Shown one piece after another: positions 1 to 14,628 of a stretch of DNA of 64,000 nucleotides. Both the position numbers and the translations under genes were made by a program. Source of the DNA: Blepharisma stoltei ATCC 30299 (Eukaryota > Protista > Ciliophora). Within the stretch, counting starts at the first letter, position 1; every line of letters starts with the position of its first letter. Where the stretch lies: assembly GCA_965603825.1 (NCBI GenBank), contig CBFDEM010000028.1, forward strand, positions 124,001-188,000, in the 5' to 3' direction. The notes below the pieces were generated by a model. It saw only the letters and a program-made list of their open reading frames with translations, did no database searches and had not been told where the DNA came from.

Positions 1-3000
1 CCTTCTAGCGCGTTTTTAAGCTGTACAACAGAAGTTCTAACGACATTTAGTAGCCGATTAAACCTGATTAGTTCTTGGATTAAGACGGTATTCATGGATT
101 CATTGTACATCATAGGGTATCTTTTCATGCATTCGTCAATGTCAAAAAGGTTTGGCATCCTATTAAAGATACTGACTGCTATTTCTGTCATCATTTGGTC
201 AGGTGTTTTATCAGCGCCAGCTAAAGTTCGAGGCAATAATGATAGACAAGCTGAGAGAAGAGAATTAGTTTCATTAATGGACTTTGTAATTGAGGCATTG
301 TCATTGAGCCCAAAAACTTGGGTTTGGTCATAATGTGGCACGTTCTCTTCTATATAATTCAAATAGCTTTCAATATTCCCTTCAGGAGGAATCTGATACA
401 CGTCACAGTCATTTATGTAGTACCTGTCTCTCAGTATATTTTCTGTATAAAAATCTTCTAGAATGGTATTAATCAGTCTCCTATCCCAAATATCGGTAAC
501 TCGTCCTCCATAATTGGCCTCAGCGACCATATATTTTAGAGCATCCCAAGGTATCAGCTCATACTCATTTAAAAACATCCTAAGCTGATAAAAGGATATC
601 GACAAATCACTCATAGAGAACTCATAAGGGATATTCCAGCCTAAAGCTCCATATTTTCTTCTTTCTTGTATTAAGGCATGGAAGAAGCTTAAGCCATAGA
701 CCATTCTTTTGAATTCTCTTGGCTTGGCGTTATCTTCAAAAGCGTTATTATCATAGGACCTAAAAGACCTGATTAAGTTTTTCCTGAGTCCTTTAGGAGG
801 CTCATTAGTAAGCTTAATTGAATTTTGAAGGATGGAGACTGGGAAAAAATCAGAAGGCATTGAGGTAAGCCAAAGCCGGAAATTGTCGTCAGTTCGCTCT
901 GGGATGATTTCGTCTACTCTTTTTTCAAGAGTTGGCATAAATTTGGCTGCAAGATGGCAGTTTTGGAGGATAACCCAGCCACCATTTGCAATAGCACGGT
1001 CTAGAGCGGCTTCTGCTTTCGGACCTTGGCCGTCACCTAAGGATAAAGGCTCCATTTTGTTGCGGAGGTTGAGCTTTATGGCGAGTTTTTCAATTTCACT
1101 TATAGGGTCAACACCAGGGCTGAGGATAAAAATGATTGGGACGTCTGGCTTGGAGTCTCTGAAGGACAGCTCAATGTTAAATGGAGGGGGAGAAATAAAC
1201 TCTGCCCCAAGCTCTTGGGTGATTAATTGTTCGATAGCTTGAATTCCTTTGTCAGGGCGAAGAATTCTTAGTACTATAATTTGTTGGAATGGAGATAGTT
1301 TCTCTTTCCAGCCTCCTGGCCATATCATGGCTCCTGGATCTGATGACTCCCATACAGATTTCCATTCATTGACCTTTTGCTCAAATTCTCTATCAAAATT
1401 CTTAAAGCTTTCAAATTCACTTAACTCCAGAATTGCTGCCCAATCTTTATTTTCCAGCCACACTCTTTCATCTTCCTGTGTCGGATTTGGCCTAGCTATA
1501 ACAGTCTTAGTTCCTCCTGTCATTAAAAACCTTAGCTCTAGCTGATTAATTCTATCTTCCCCTGCCATCACTTTTAAGCAGACCAGCAGCGAAAACAGCA
1601 GTTTATCCTTCTCAAAAAGAGACCTACACACATTTTGATACAGCAAAAGTGTAAAAGTATTAATCAAATTTTTGACGCGCTCTTGGACAATTGAATTTTT
1701 TTCTGCTTCTGAAATAGAAAGGGAGTAAATTCTTTCGTACCATTCCAAGGAGTATTGATACATAGGCTCAATAACACATAAATCAGCTATACAGAAGAAA
1801 AGTTGGGAAACACGCGTGGCGATTGATTTATAATTTTTTCTGGTATCATTAATATGCTTTTGTATATTTTCCATTTTTTCAAGCTGCTCTGAGGCATCTT
1901 TTGAGGACTGTTTTGACTTCTGAAGGGTTTCTATAAGGGTTTCGTCTTCTAATATGTCCCCTTCTGAGTTAGAAACCATGTTTAGAATATTATCTTCAAT
2001 GGTTTTCAGCTCTTTTCTAATTCTAGCGTTTTCCTGGATTGATTTTTGTCTGCTTGCCTCTATATGAGGAGCTTCAGCATTAACCGTCAGCGACAACATT
2101 TGGTCGAGTAGGCCTTCTTCAGTGGTCATGAAGTTCATCAATGCGACTCTTACACATATCTCTGGGGCATAATGGGGTCTTGGCAGCTTTGTGGTCATAA
2201 ACAATCTGAAATCTCTTGACATTTCAGCAGTTTTGTCACCAATTTTGACGATCCCTTCAGATCCTTTTTTAGCTGAAAGGACGTTGTCAAGCTCAGGGTT
2301 GATAGATTCGCCTAGGTTTTCTATAAGGACTGATTTTCCGTAGTTAATAGCGTTTACCAGAGTATTGGTAAGGCCATCACTATTAAGTCTTGTGACATCA
2401 AGCCTTTCTCCTTCCATTTTTTTTATCCAAGCGTTAGCTTGGACCTGTGGATCAATCATTAAAGGCCACCTTGAAGAATTTTCCATTATAATGGCGTTAT
2501 CAATAGAGAAGCTGTCGTTTGGCAAATGAGCAAGGGTCCAGTCACGGATTTTAACTTGATCTCCCATCACGTCTTTTAAGGAAAATTCAGCTGAGCTTGG
2601 GATGTTTTTCTCTTTAAGCTGTTTAATCCAATAGTCAATGCAGCTTGACCTGTAAGTCCCTGTGAAGACTCCTAAGTATGCGATAATACCAGAGCTTATC
2701 ATTAAATCCCCAACTATATTTTTGTAGTTTTCTTTGAGGATTTGGGCTTCTTTTGCCCATCTGATTTTTTCATCTTTGAGGCCATCAATAAGTTTTTGTG
2801 CTCTTTCAAGCTTGATCCTACACATATCGACTTCGTGCTGAAGTCTGAGTTCTTCGTCGACTGCTTTTTGGTAGTCCGCTTCAAGCTTTTGGACTTTTTC
2901 TTGGATACTCCTTAAAGCTTCCATTTTTTCTCTAAGATCTTCTTCTGCAGTTTTAAGCCGCATTTCTGCTTCTGCAAGCGCCATTTGTCGAGGCCTTATT

Positions 3001-6000
3001 TCTTTCATGACTTTGTCGTATTTATACATAGCTCTAACCCACATACTGAGGCCATAAGCAGCTAATGAAGCTCTTTTGATTTTTTCTTGTTGGAACTCAG
3101 AATGGTTAATAATTTTTTCTATAGTAGCAACAATGGCAGGGTCCATATGGTCTTTATCATAATTTTGCAAATCGTCCATTAGTTTAGGCCTGTTCAGAAG
3201 ATTTTTCTTAGCAGTTTCCCAATAGTCAGGCTCTTTCCCAAACCCATTTGCTTTGGGAACCATTACTGGGTCTATAGCCATCAGCTTACAAACTGCTTCC
3301 ATAGTAAACTTCACTCCAGGTGGCGGATTAGCCATATGTTTTACTTCATCAATTTGGTTCTTATCCAACGATTTCAATGCTTTTTGTGCAGCTTCATACG
3401 CAGGCATCGCTTCCTCCAGCTTTTCTTCACACTCTTTTTTGATCGCTTGTGCCGTTTCTCTTTCTTCTTTACACTTCGCCTCATCTTTTTCACAATTCTG
3501 CTGTACTTCTAATGCTTCTTTCTGCTGAACAGTCAAAATTTTCATCATTTCTTTGGTTTCAGCCTGTGCGACGACCAATTTTGGCTGTAATTCTTCTAGA
3601 TCTTTTTGCATGACTGAGACTTTTGAAGCGGTGTCCAGCAATTTTTCAAGCCCATTTTCATATCTTTGGCCTAATTTTTTTACTTCGACTCTTTTGGTGT
3701 TTAATAAATTCTTAAAGGTGTAGATAAGTTCAAGATAGGACGTAGGGGTGATATAGTAGTATCTGCCTAGCTCTGCTTTATATCTGGCTGTTAAGTTGGT
3801 CACTCTTTCTTGCATATCTACACAGATTTCTACAAGTCCTACTTTTACCTGACTATCCACGTCAACGTCTTTTAAGAAATTTTGAGCTACAGATCATAGC
3901 GCATCTTCAGGCCAAGGCAAAAACCAGTCAATTGTGGTACAATTCACAAGTGAAGGGAACATCCTAATTCTTGTCCTAAAGGACTCGCCAATAGGTGACA
4001 AACAAAACACAAGATGCAGATTTGACCTGACTCTTTCAATGAAATATGCATGAATTGCTTCTGCTGAGCCTCCTTTTTTGTTTAGATTCGCTTCATCTTG
4101 CAAAGTATCGATCACGTTTTGCCTGTCTTCTGATTCCAAAAGGTTAGGGACTTCTCCATTATTTAACAAATTATTGATATCTTCTAAGAAACCTTCATTA
4201 GAAATTTGTGTATCACTGAATAAAAATACAGTTGGGTGATTTTCCAGACCTGTTTTAAAGAAAAGTGCTTTAAGTCTTTCTCTCCATTCATTCATTCCAA
4301 AATTTTTGCTGACTTCAACTTCAAAAATAGAATACTCTGCTATCGAAGTAGCTAGCATTGTCAAGCTTTTTCTACCGCTTCCTCCAACTCCTAACAATAA
4401 AGCATTCCCAAGTGGGAGTTGAATAATCCTTACAATTTTTACTACATGCTCTATAGCAGCCATAAATAAAACTAAGTTCATCTTCGTCGGAGAAATTTGG
4501 TTATAATATTCCAAGCATTCATGCATTTTTTCTTGCAATAAATTATGGTCTTTAAGCTCACAATACAAATCAGGGATTTTCGCTTTGCCTTCTTCACGTG
4601 AAATCATAGGAATAAATGACCCAAAAAGCAAAGGCGCCACCTTGACGACTTCTTCCCAGGTCCTTCTGAAGTATTTCTTTATAGATTCTTTTAAGAGGTC
4701 AGTGAAATAGTCACGGTCTTTGTTGTTTATTAGACGGTCTTGGAAAACACGTTGGCATTCGTGAGCCCAAAGCCTTATTAAGTCTGACTCATCTTTTATA
4801 GCTAAAGGAGTAGCATTAGAAATCCCTTGGAATACTTTTGAAACGTCTCGCAAGTTATAAATATAATGCATTTTAGCAGGGGTCGGCAGAAGTTCTTTGC
4901 TGATTCTTTGGAAAACTTGAATTGTGGCATGGACAAGATTGTCTTTTTGCTGGACAATGGCTCGGGAAAACGGTTCTGTCTGCTTAATAAAAAACCAGTC
5001 CACAATAGTGGAGAAAATAGAGTTCAATGAATCTTCCCCAAAAGGCTCTATATAAAATTTATTATAGTGCCTCAAATACCTCTGAGATACATGGTTTCTT
5101 CCTCCACCAGGTGGCCCCATACACGCTGCAAACTGTATAAGCTTAAATTTTTTAAACTCTTTGGTCTCTAAATCATACCAGCCTTCATGGTCCATCCACT
5201 GTCTTAGCAGCTCAATCGGTGGTTGTGCCCCATATGTCTCTTTCTGGGGCATATTTAAATCGTCCACAAAAATGACCATTTTTCTATTTCCTGCAGGTGC
5301 ATTCACAAACCTTGATTTTTTCTCCATACAAGATTCCATTATCAGCTGTATTTTATTAGCTGACGTCTGTGCTGAAAAAGCCATAAACAGATAAGTATAA
5401 GTTTCATTATAAAAAGAAGACCGTAAGGTATCAAGGACACAGACAGTTTTACCTGTCCCTGTAGGGCCACAGAATAAGATATGTTTATAAGCAGAGGCCA
5501 TGAAATTCATAAGGTAAGAAATGCGGATTGTGTCTTTGGTAGGGATTATAAGCTCATGGAAATTAGCTTCTTTATTAGGTGTATAAGTGCTTGCTCGGAG
5601 ATTTATCCATTGCATCCAATAGTAACTGCTGCTTTTTTTAGATAATACTACGTCAAAATAGTCTCCTGGGAGCTTTGAGTCGTATTTCTTTGTAGCCCAG
5701 GACTGCGGGGTATCAAGAAGTCTATAAATTTCGACGACATTTTCGCCTGCCACAAGTTTGCTTAAAAATTCAGAAAACTTTGGCCTGGTGGATTCGTCAG
5801 TGATGCCTCCAAAACCCCAGATTATGCTGAAAAGAATCCATTGTGGCAAAGTTTCTTCGAATTCTTTAGGCAGCTGCTTGTCTTTTTCAGCATTTTTTGA
5901 TGGGGAATCTGGCTCGTCTTCTTTTATCATTTCTCTGAATTCCATCATAAAGCAGTCAAAAATGTTCAAAGCGGCCGAGACCATTTCATTTTCTGTGACA

Positions 6001-9000
6001 GGAGCAGGCAGCCTGCATTTTTTCTTTACAAATTCAGTTAGTGGCCACGAAAACCAATTAAAGCTATCAATAATATGCTGTCCATGCTTGTCTCTGACAA
6101 AGTGAGGTAAGGAGTTTACATAAGACCGGATTAGAACTTCCCAGCCCAGCCTATGCGGTTCAAGGAAAACCATACCACAACGAGAAACAGTAGCAGGGGA
6201 TGCTTCTTTTAAGTCTTCAACCTCAAACATCATAGTCATCCCTTCAGTCATTTTAATGATTTCTCCTGACTGCATACACAGCATTTTGTTGTCATCTAGC
6301 ACAGTGTTCATGTTTTCAATCCATTTAGAATCGACTGGCCCATCAAATACAACCCATTTTCGTTCAGGGCCTTTTTCTGCTGTAAAAGTCCTAAAAGTCT
6401 GAGAAATCACTCCGTCGTACCACTGATGGGATTCTGCAATAAATCTTCCAAATAGTTGGTTTAGCGTAATTGATTTAGGGTTAAGCGTGACTTTTAGCGT
6501 TTTCGTGAACTCTGGGTTGTTTGGGATGCTGCTTAGAGCCATCTGCAACGTATTAATCACTTTAGTTTTGCCTGAAAAGGTCTGTCCTACAAGCATAAGT
6601 CCATGTCTGACACAAATAGTCTCATAAAGCTGGATGCATTTGCTTTTAAATTCGTCAGTGGCTTGTAAATTTTGCATTTCAGAGGCTGCTTCTATAGAAA
6701 CTAATAAAATCCCGTAGTCAATTTTAGGTATAGTAACTCCAGGGAACAGATCTGAAGTAATTCCTAAGAAAAGAGGAATATCATTGCTAGTAAACTTAGG
6801 CAGGTTTACGTCATTAAGTGCTCGTAAAGCCAAAATGTCTTCTACTTCATCAGTATATTTCATTTTCAAGTTCCCGCAAGCGGTTAAAATAGCTTTGACT
6901 GCTCTCATACCAAAATCGTAATGGTCCTGTGTAGATAGCTGTTCTGATGATAAACGTAAAGAAGCTACAACTTTTGCAGCTAGACTTCTAGCATTTTCGA
7001 AACCATAAGAAAACAGAGAAATTTCACTGATCATCGCATAATCAGGAACCATCATAGCACATGGCCTAAATAGCGCTTTTAAGTTGTCAGGAAGTTCTGA
7101 TCTGCCTGCATAGCCAGGGTTCATAGTGATATTAATAGCGCAGGAGTGAACTAAATTAAGCTGGGTTCCTTCAAAGGTAAAGGTTTTTCGTTTTTCTCTG
7201 ATTGCTTGCTGGATTTGTAAAACTTGCATAGCGATGACGGATAAGACTTCAGGCTCAATTCTGTTGAATTCGTCAAAACAACACCAAGAGCCGCTTGAAG
7301 CGAGGCCTTTGAAGAATTTAGCCATTGATGTGAAGTCTAAGGAGTCACTACAGTTAAAGACGACACATTTGACAGCAATTGCTTTGGCAAGATCTTTGAC
7401 TGACTCTGTTTTTCCAGTCCCTGCAGGACCTTCTGGAGCTCCTCCATAGAATAAGTTATAAGCGCCTATAAGTGTCCTGTAGCATCTGTCAGTAAGTGGA
7501 GTAATAACGAGCCTTGGAGTGTTTCCTAAGTACTCAAAGCCATATTTTATAGAAGAATTCACCATTTTTACTGAAATATCAGTGCTGCCTTCCCAGTAAT
7601 ACCTCAGCTGAGCAATCCAGTCAAACTGATTGTTATTGGTCACGTTTTTATTTTTCAGCTCAGTCACAATATCTCTTGCGTGTACATCTAAAGTAATGAC
7701 AGCTGATAGCGTTTTTCTCAATAAAGAATCCAGTTTGCCTCTTACCATGACAACTACTCCCATAATAAGTTTCGTCAATTTCTCTTCATACGCCTTCATA
7801 GCATTCGTCTTAATGGCTTCTTCTACACCTCCAGTCCACGTCAGCTGGTTTACTCCTAGTACAACCATAGATGGCCAATTTCTAATTCATTTAGTTCTTT
7901 CTTGCCTTTGATACTCTGCAAAGCTTCTTTTCATGATATCTTTTATAGTCTTATACATAGTCTTTTCTATATCACCCATCCAGTACTCAACATTTCCTTT
8001 TTTATCTCCTTCATTTACATCAATTTTGTCAATAAGCTGGACTGTTTCTTTTTCAGGTGAAATCATGTGAGTGACTTCTTGTCTTTCTGTGAACACGACC
8101 TTGTCAATAGCTTCAAAACATTTATTAATATGTTCTTGGACACGAAGTGGGTCTTTTGTCTGTGACAAAATATCTAATAAGTCTTCATCTGACAAGAAAA
8201 AGAAGCGTGGGAACGAAAGACGTTTGGTTTCTAAATAGTGATGCATTGATTTTTGGATGTCGTCTAAGTTTTCATTTGCATCTTTAAATAGTGTAAGCGT
8301 GCCTCCATCAATCGCTACTGAGTCAAGCAGGCCTGGATTAGTATTTTGGGTAGTTTGGCTGTTGCTGCTGCCTGAGCTACATATCGATTCCATATAAAGT
8401 TTCCACTGCCCATCAACCCCTCTAAATTTTCTATATTCTCCTGGCATTCTTTTCTGTATATCATCTGAAGCGAAAATCGGCTCAAGGTTCATCCATACAG
8501 TTTGGCATTTCATCCACTGTTCTAGTGTTTCCTGAATATGTAACAGCCTATATTCCCATTCTTTGCATTGCCGTTCTATAGGTTTAGCATAAGGCGACGT
8601 TTTCATTGCTTGAATATTCACTATTTGTTCATCTAGCAAGGTCTGTATATCTTCGACAGACTTTACAATATGCGTATCTTTATAAGGCAGGACTTCTAAA
8701 AATTGGTTTTCGCATTCTTTTTTCATCTCTTCCAGCTTCTTTTTCAGCTTGAATTCTCTTTGGGCTTTATATGAGACTTCTTCGATTTCTTCAATGTAAT
8801 TTTTCAGTCCTTTTTCTATTAAAGTAGACACAGTTTCGTGCTTAGCGTCAAGCTGCTCTGGGGTGAGTCCTGCAATTTGGGCGACCCTTTTCCAATGGTC
8901 TTCTCCCCAAGCTTCATTAGAAATAGCTTTTATCAGTGGGATATTTGTCTGAAATTCAGTTAGGTGTTCTTTTAAATGGTTGATCACATTGATAGCTTCA

Positions 9001-11846
9001 GGGCTTCTTTCTATCAGTTTTTTGGTCAACACAAAGCACTCCCTAAGCCACCTGTCCACATTATTAGAAATTTCCATCGCATTGAGTTCATGGATTTTTT
9101 TCTCATTGCTCCACGAGTTATGTCCATACTTAAAATCGTTCACATTGGTCCAGAGCCTGTTAAATGGCTCAAAATCATCAATCATATTCTGTAAATCTGT
9201 CTTATCTGACAGCTGCAGCTCAAATAAAGTTTCTCTTTGGTTAAATGACACAAGCTGCTCCATTGCTTGTTTTAGGTGGTCTTCAAGCTTTTTGACGTCA
9301 TCATAATGTGAAGACGAATTCGCGTACTCTGCAAACTGCTGGACGAGCTCGAAATCTGTGTGGAGTTGGCTGACCTCTCTGAACCACTTGTCTTTTTCTT
9401 TTTCCAGCTTTTCTCTGAACTTTTCTTCTTCGATTTCTAGCTTGCCCATGCCTTCTTTTGTGGACGCTTCTACTTCTATAGGCCAAGTTTTGCATTGCCA
9501 AAGGTTAATGCTGACGTCTTCATTCAGTTTAAACTGGTAGTCTTCTAGTATCAAAGTGTGGCTGATTACTTCTTTTTCTTTATTTAAAAGTTCTTGTTTT
9601 TTGGTTTTGATGTTCCTTGCGAACTGTTTGAGCTCGAATAGCTCAGCTTCATTTGTAGGAATAGTTCTGACTTTGTTGCAGGTGAATTCGTACTCGTCCT
9701 GAATGCTTTTGACCTCTTCAGAGCAGAAATTGGAGATTCCTTCAAGTAAAGAGTTCATGCATTTGTTAATTTTTTTGTCCATGGTCTCTTTGAACTTGTG
9801 GCATTGGATTTGGAAAAATTCGTAGTTTATTACAAGAGTGGAAATAGAAATTAATTCTTCTTTTGCCTTTTTCAGCTTCATTAGCTCAGTCCTGAGTTTT
9901 TCAATTGAAGGTTTCTGTTTAAATAAATCTTTCACGAATTCTTTTATTTTCATTTTTCCGACCCACTCAAAAGCTTTGAATTCTTCTAAAATTTGAAGAG
10001 GCCCGCTTTGGTATTTTTCCATCATTTCTGCAATTTCTGCTTTTGCAGTGGCAACCCAGTCATTTTCGTCAGACAGTTCAAATACTGGGGTTTTAGGAAT
10101 ATTCATAAATGGGACTAAATCAGATTCTAAATTCGTTATTTTATTGGTAGCTTCTACAATCCAGTCAATACACTCATTAATAAACTTATGAGCTTGCTGA
10201 AGAGTTGGCTTAAAATCAATTTGTCCTGGAATTGTATCAGATTGCTCATCTTTTTTCTTTCTCGCGTCTTCTTCAATGCTAAGCTGCAATATAATCAAAG
10301 GTTTTCCAATTTTTCTATAAAGCTCAGGCTCTTCGGGCATGGTAAAAGACTTCAAAAAATTGATTCAGTCATCAATGCTTTGTTTTGCAAAAGCTCTTAC
10401 ATGGGTGTTCATAATTAAATCCATCCTTCTCAAAATAGTATGCAGAGGCCCTTTTAAGTACTCTTCAGAGTCTACTGCGAAGAAATTGTACTGTTCAGCC
10501 ATTTTGTCCTGGGTTTCACTAATTAAATATTCTCTCCAATGTATTGAAATTTGTTGCCTTATAGCCTGGTGATGGTTTCTTTGAGTATTATATAAATTCC
10601 TTAATTCCATTGGTAGTAAAAGATTTTTGGTCTCTAAAAATCTGTATTCTTGGAAGCTGTGGCATTTGTCAGCCATTATTTTATTTACCTGAACGACTGA
10701 GGTAATCTTGTACCAATGGCTTTTGTCGAGCTCTTTTTTCATTTTTTTGTAGGGATGAGGAGGGATAGTGATAGTTCCGAATTCTGGGACAATTGGGACA
10801 GACCGCCTGATTGGGATTTTTTTCTGAAGAAATTCATTATCGTTCTTTGGGTCTTGCATTCTTAGTAAAATTACGCATTTTTTCATAGCTCGGGCGTATT
10901 CTTCGTCAACAACTGCGACCAGCTGTTTTAGCAAGGTCATGTATTTTTCTTTTTCAAATTCTGGGGTGGTCGCGACTGCTTTTTGTAGGATTTTGGTTTT
11001 GACTTCTTTGCGAAGCTGTGATACTTCAGCTGATGAGATTGCGTCGACCATGTCTAAAAACCTTACTATAGAGTCATAGTTGGCTTGAAGCTCCCTGGCT
11101 TGGATTACACGGGCTTCGAATTCTTTGGGATCTTCATTGTGGAATTTTATTGCAAGACGCTGAACTTTTTTTTCCAGCATGCTCTTTCTGATCCTGACTT
11201 TAAATTTTTTCAGATTTGAGTCATATCCTAATAAATCTATTGGCTCCCACGAATAAACTCCATCATCAAACACAGGCGAATACCCATGTGGCCCAGGCTT
11301 CCCACGATAAAGTTTTACCCAATCTTCAGGTGTCATTGTCTCTATCCAGCAGTCAAATTTGGAAATATCTCTTGTCGATTTCAAATCAGGGTTCTCAAAG
11401 CTTGCAAATTCTCTTTGTAAAAGCTTATTAGTTTTTTCTCCGTCTGGATCTGGCAGTTCTTCACTAGGAGAGCCTAAATCAGCTTGGTCAGCCCTCAAAT
11501 TGGCTTCGCTACCTTTGCTCGGGAAAAAGCTTTCATGTTTTATAACTGTTTTGGAATTTCTAGCAGTAAGACCTTTAGAGCTGGCTAAATTCTTCTGTGA
11601 TGGGAGCTCTGAGTTTCTGAGAGTATTAGCATGTATTTTGAGCTCTTCGTCCAAGGTTGGAAGCATAGGAGGCTCTTCGAGCTCTGGAAGCTTTTTTCGT
11701 GATTTTTTTGGGGAAATTGGGTCTGTATCCATAAGCTTTGAAAGGGCTTTGAAATCTGGGATGTTAAGTAAGACACGAGCAGCGTATGGCTTAGTACGCA
11801 CTGTCAGCTTGCCCGAACTTGATTTTCCGAGTGGGCGAGGATTCAT
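1..11846 (-). CDS. DNAH1: Axonemal inner-arm dynein heavy chain, DNAH1-like; 3' end runs off the window start
   Basis: ORFs 10365-11846, 7887-10355 and 3894-7868 plus the frame below 3894 are one frame joined by TGA at 10365, 7887 and 3894. P-loops GPAGTGKT, GQTFSGKT, GPTGTGKT, GVGGSGRK; also CFDEFNRI and QELIRFNRLL near position 1. The N-terminal RLAIKFHNEDP..F..RV resembles DNAH1. The frame below 3894 was spot-checked at both ends only. Confidence 0.93.
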
Positions 11847-12312
11847 TATAATAAATTATTAACAGTTATGGTGATTTTCTTTAAAAATTGGAATGGTTAA
11901 AATATAAAAAATATTTTGGGTGAAGAAGCTAAGAAAAATTCTTTTTGGTATGTGTGTATGTAAAATATGAAAATATATGCTGAATTGGATTATATTTGGT
12001 TTGTATTTATTAGAGATCTTGATTGGAGGCTATTTATAGATAAATGAGAGTGATTATAATAATATTTAGGCGCATTACATATATTTTTTATATTAAAGTA
12101 ATAGGTGATAAATCAATCTAAAATCAATATAAAGAAAAAACCCAACGAAAATGGCTAAGCATTGCAATAATTACTATACAGAAAATCTTAATTTTTATCC
12201 CCATTAATACTATGCTTATCCAAAATTTCTTTTTAAAATCATATTCCCACTCATCTTCTAAAAAGTAGTTACAGATCTGATAAAATTCATTTTATAAATC
12301 CTAATTAGTGCT

Positions 12313-13530
12313 ATGATTCACAACAGGGTAGAAAACCACCCATCATATATGATAACAAGTACCTTCAACTCTCTGCATGCCTCGCCTCAAGGCTTCCTAC
12401 AGCCCTCAGAAGAAGAAAGAAATGATTCTTACATATCCACTGAATACACAGGGAGAACTGAAGAGCCAGACCAATCAGTCAACACACTGTCCAATGACAG
12501 CGGTCTGATTACTTCAAATACTTATTTATATCTAGAAAATGAAGACTTAAATGAGGATATCCCCAGCACTTTTTTCCAAGACCATAATATACCTGAAAAT
12601 GTAAGTGTGGTATTGCCTACAGAAAAAGAAATCGAGCCTTCTATACAATATTCAGAAGAGAAAAAAGAAGAGATTGTAGAGATAAAAACTGAAAATAAAG
12701 AAGAAGAGCCAATAGTTAACATTATACCTATACAAGAACCTTTAGAAATTATTAGCCAAAACACTGAGCAGGAAATTAAACAAGTGAATATTGAAGCCCC
12801 TTCTCCTACCAGAATGAGCCAATATGTGCTCCGTGAAAAAAGCAGTGCTTTGCTGTCGGCATTGCCTGTATATGATTCACATGGATCGCTTCATGTATCA
12901 AAAGAGCTTGGAAAGAGAGATGCAAAAAAAATCAGGAAAAACCAGCCATTGTCAAATCAAGTAAAAAACAAAAAAAACAAAAGCGTAAATAGGCTAAGAA
13001 AACTTCCAACAATCCAATCTGGCCCTTCATCACCCAAGGTAATGTGTGGAAGACGATTTAGTCAAAATTTGGGAGATCATGTATCAAAAACTAAGCAGCT
13101 ACAAAACAGCAATTTATTCCCTATCTGGAATATCAAAGAATCTATAACTCAAAGCCACCAAAAACAATGATGAACAAAAAATTATTTCAATAGATATCAA
13201 AGCCAAGAAAACAAACCTATTTCCAATAAGCATATAAATCTACATGAAAAGACTTCAGAAGACGTCAATGTCTATGAAAATCGCATCAAAAAAATAGTAA
13301 GCAAGCCTCCAAAAATGCCAAACTTGTCAACTGGAGCTGAAAAAAAGAAAAATGACTCTGTTTTATTGACAATGATGTCTCCTTATTTTAGCACAAATCC
13401 AAAAATGAGGTTAAGCGGAAAAGTCATAAAAACTATTGGCGACCTAATTAAAGCTTCTCAAAATACCAGACTGTCCACAAAATCAAACCTAAGATCATTG
13501 AAGAAAAATTTCACCCCAAGCAATTTGTAA
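12313..13530 (+). CDS. Hypothetical low-complexity protein (~405 aa)
   Basis: ORFs 12313-13170 and 13315-13530 share a frame, joined through TGA TGA (13168-13173); ends at TAA. Confidence 0.7.
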
Positions 13531-13627
13531 TTCATAATAGAGTTTTATTAATAATTTTCTACTTTTAAAGCCTGCTAAGTATTTGTATATGTTTCTGTAT
13601 TTATTTTTAAAAAAGAGAAAATTCAAG

Positions 13628-14275
13628 CTAAAATGTACCTTTGCATTTTTTTGATCCACAGAAGCATTGCTGCTCATTTGAGTATTTTCTATATTCAAAT
13701 GTGAGTTCTTTTCCTTTAGCGATAGGCTTTATGCTAAAAAAAGCTACAGTAGGGATTATATGGTTCACTCTTATAGCTAAAGCTTGCAAGTTTGGGTTGC
13801 ATCCATGATTTATGAACCTTGAAAAATTTCCAGAATATTGTGCATCAAAAGCAGTTGTATAAGTTTTTAATGGTGTATTTTCTCTAATCAAAAATACATA
13901 AGGCCCTTCACAATTATTATCTACGATTACTCCAGCATAAATCCCTATGAATTCCCCTTTTTCAATATTTTCTTCAGCAAATACCCCTAGTCCTTTATTT
14001 ATAGTTTTCCTGATACTGATCTTGCATTTTGAGCCTTTCTGCACAACTCTATTATAGCACTCTACCGTGCATGAGCAATTATTATTGCATTCAAATATAG
14101 GCTTGGTGTCATTAAAATTTTCAATAATTTTCCCAGTTTCTGAATAAGCGAATCCATATCTATTATAGCATTCACAATCTCTCCCACAACTTCCTATACA
14201 AGTGCAAGAGATTTCTAGGTCTAGCTCATATTCTTCTATATCATCTACCAAGCTTTCCATAATTGGGCAATACAT
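13628..14275 (-). CDS. Pre-SET/SET/post-SET lysine methyltransferase, SETMAR/SUV39-like, without transposase
   Basis: IFECNNNCSC..CYNRVVQKG, KGLGVFA, NFSRFINHGCNPN, ELTFEY and post-SET CFCGSKKCKG; ends at TAG. Confidence 0.88.
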   Translation of the reverse strand: MYCPIMESLVDDIEEYELDLEISCTCIGSCGRDCECYNRYGFAYSETGKIIENFNDTKPIFECNNNCSCTVECYNRVVQKGSKCKISIRKTINKGLGVFAEENIEKGEFIGIYAGVIVDNNCEGPYVFLIRENTPLKTYTTAFDAQYSGNFSRFINHGCNPNLQALAIRVNHIIPTVAFFSIKPIAKGKELTFEYRKYSNEQQCFCGSKKCKGTF

Positions 14276-14323
14276 TTAGCTTCAATAATTAAATTAATTT
14301 TATTGAGACTAAAAAACAGAAAT

Positions 14324-14578
14324 TTACCAAGGAGTCAAAGGGATCTTTTCTTCTTCAAGAACGAAATTAATTTTTAGTGGAATTGCTTCTTTCCTTTTAG
14401 ACCAGCTACTAACAGATCTTCTTTTAAGAAAATTGCTACTTTTGGCTCGATGCTCATATATAGTAGGTGTAGTTGGAGTTGAAATTGGAGAAGTAAGAAA
14501 AGTGTCTACGGAATTTCGAGCTCGAGATTTTACAGACAAATCCAGGATATTCAATAATATTTTACAAAAAATAAACAT
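14324..14578 (-). CDS. Small hypothetical protein (~84 aa)
   Basis: ATG at 14578 open to TAA at 14324; no recognisable motif. Confidence 0.35.
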   Translation of the reverse strand: MFIFCKILLNILDLSVKSRARNSVDTFLTSPISTPTTPTIYEHRAKSSNFLKRRSVSSWSKRKEAIPLKINFVLEEEKIPLTPW

Positions 14579-14628
14579 AGCTAAAACCTCTATATAAATA
14601 AATTGTTTTGCAGAAAGAACTATTAAGA

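Noticed and set aside
94-11862. Plus-strand and alternate-frame ORFs within the dynein gene (and similar ones inside CCT8, CFAP61 and the coiled-coil genes)
   Set aside because: Antisense shadows of long coding frames; Ser/Phe/Leu-rich with no motifs.
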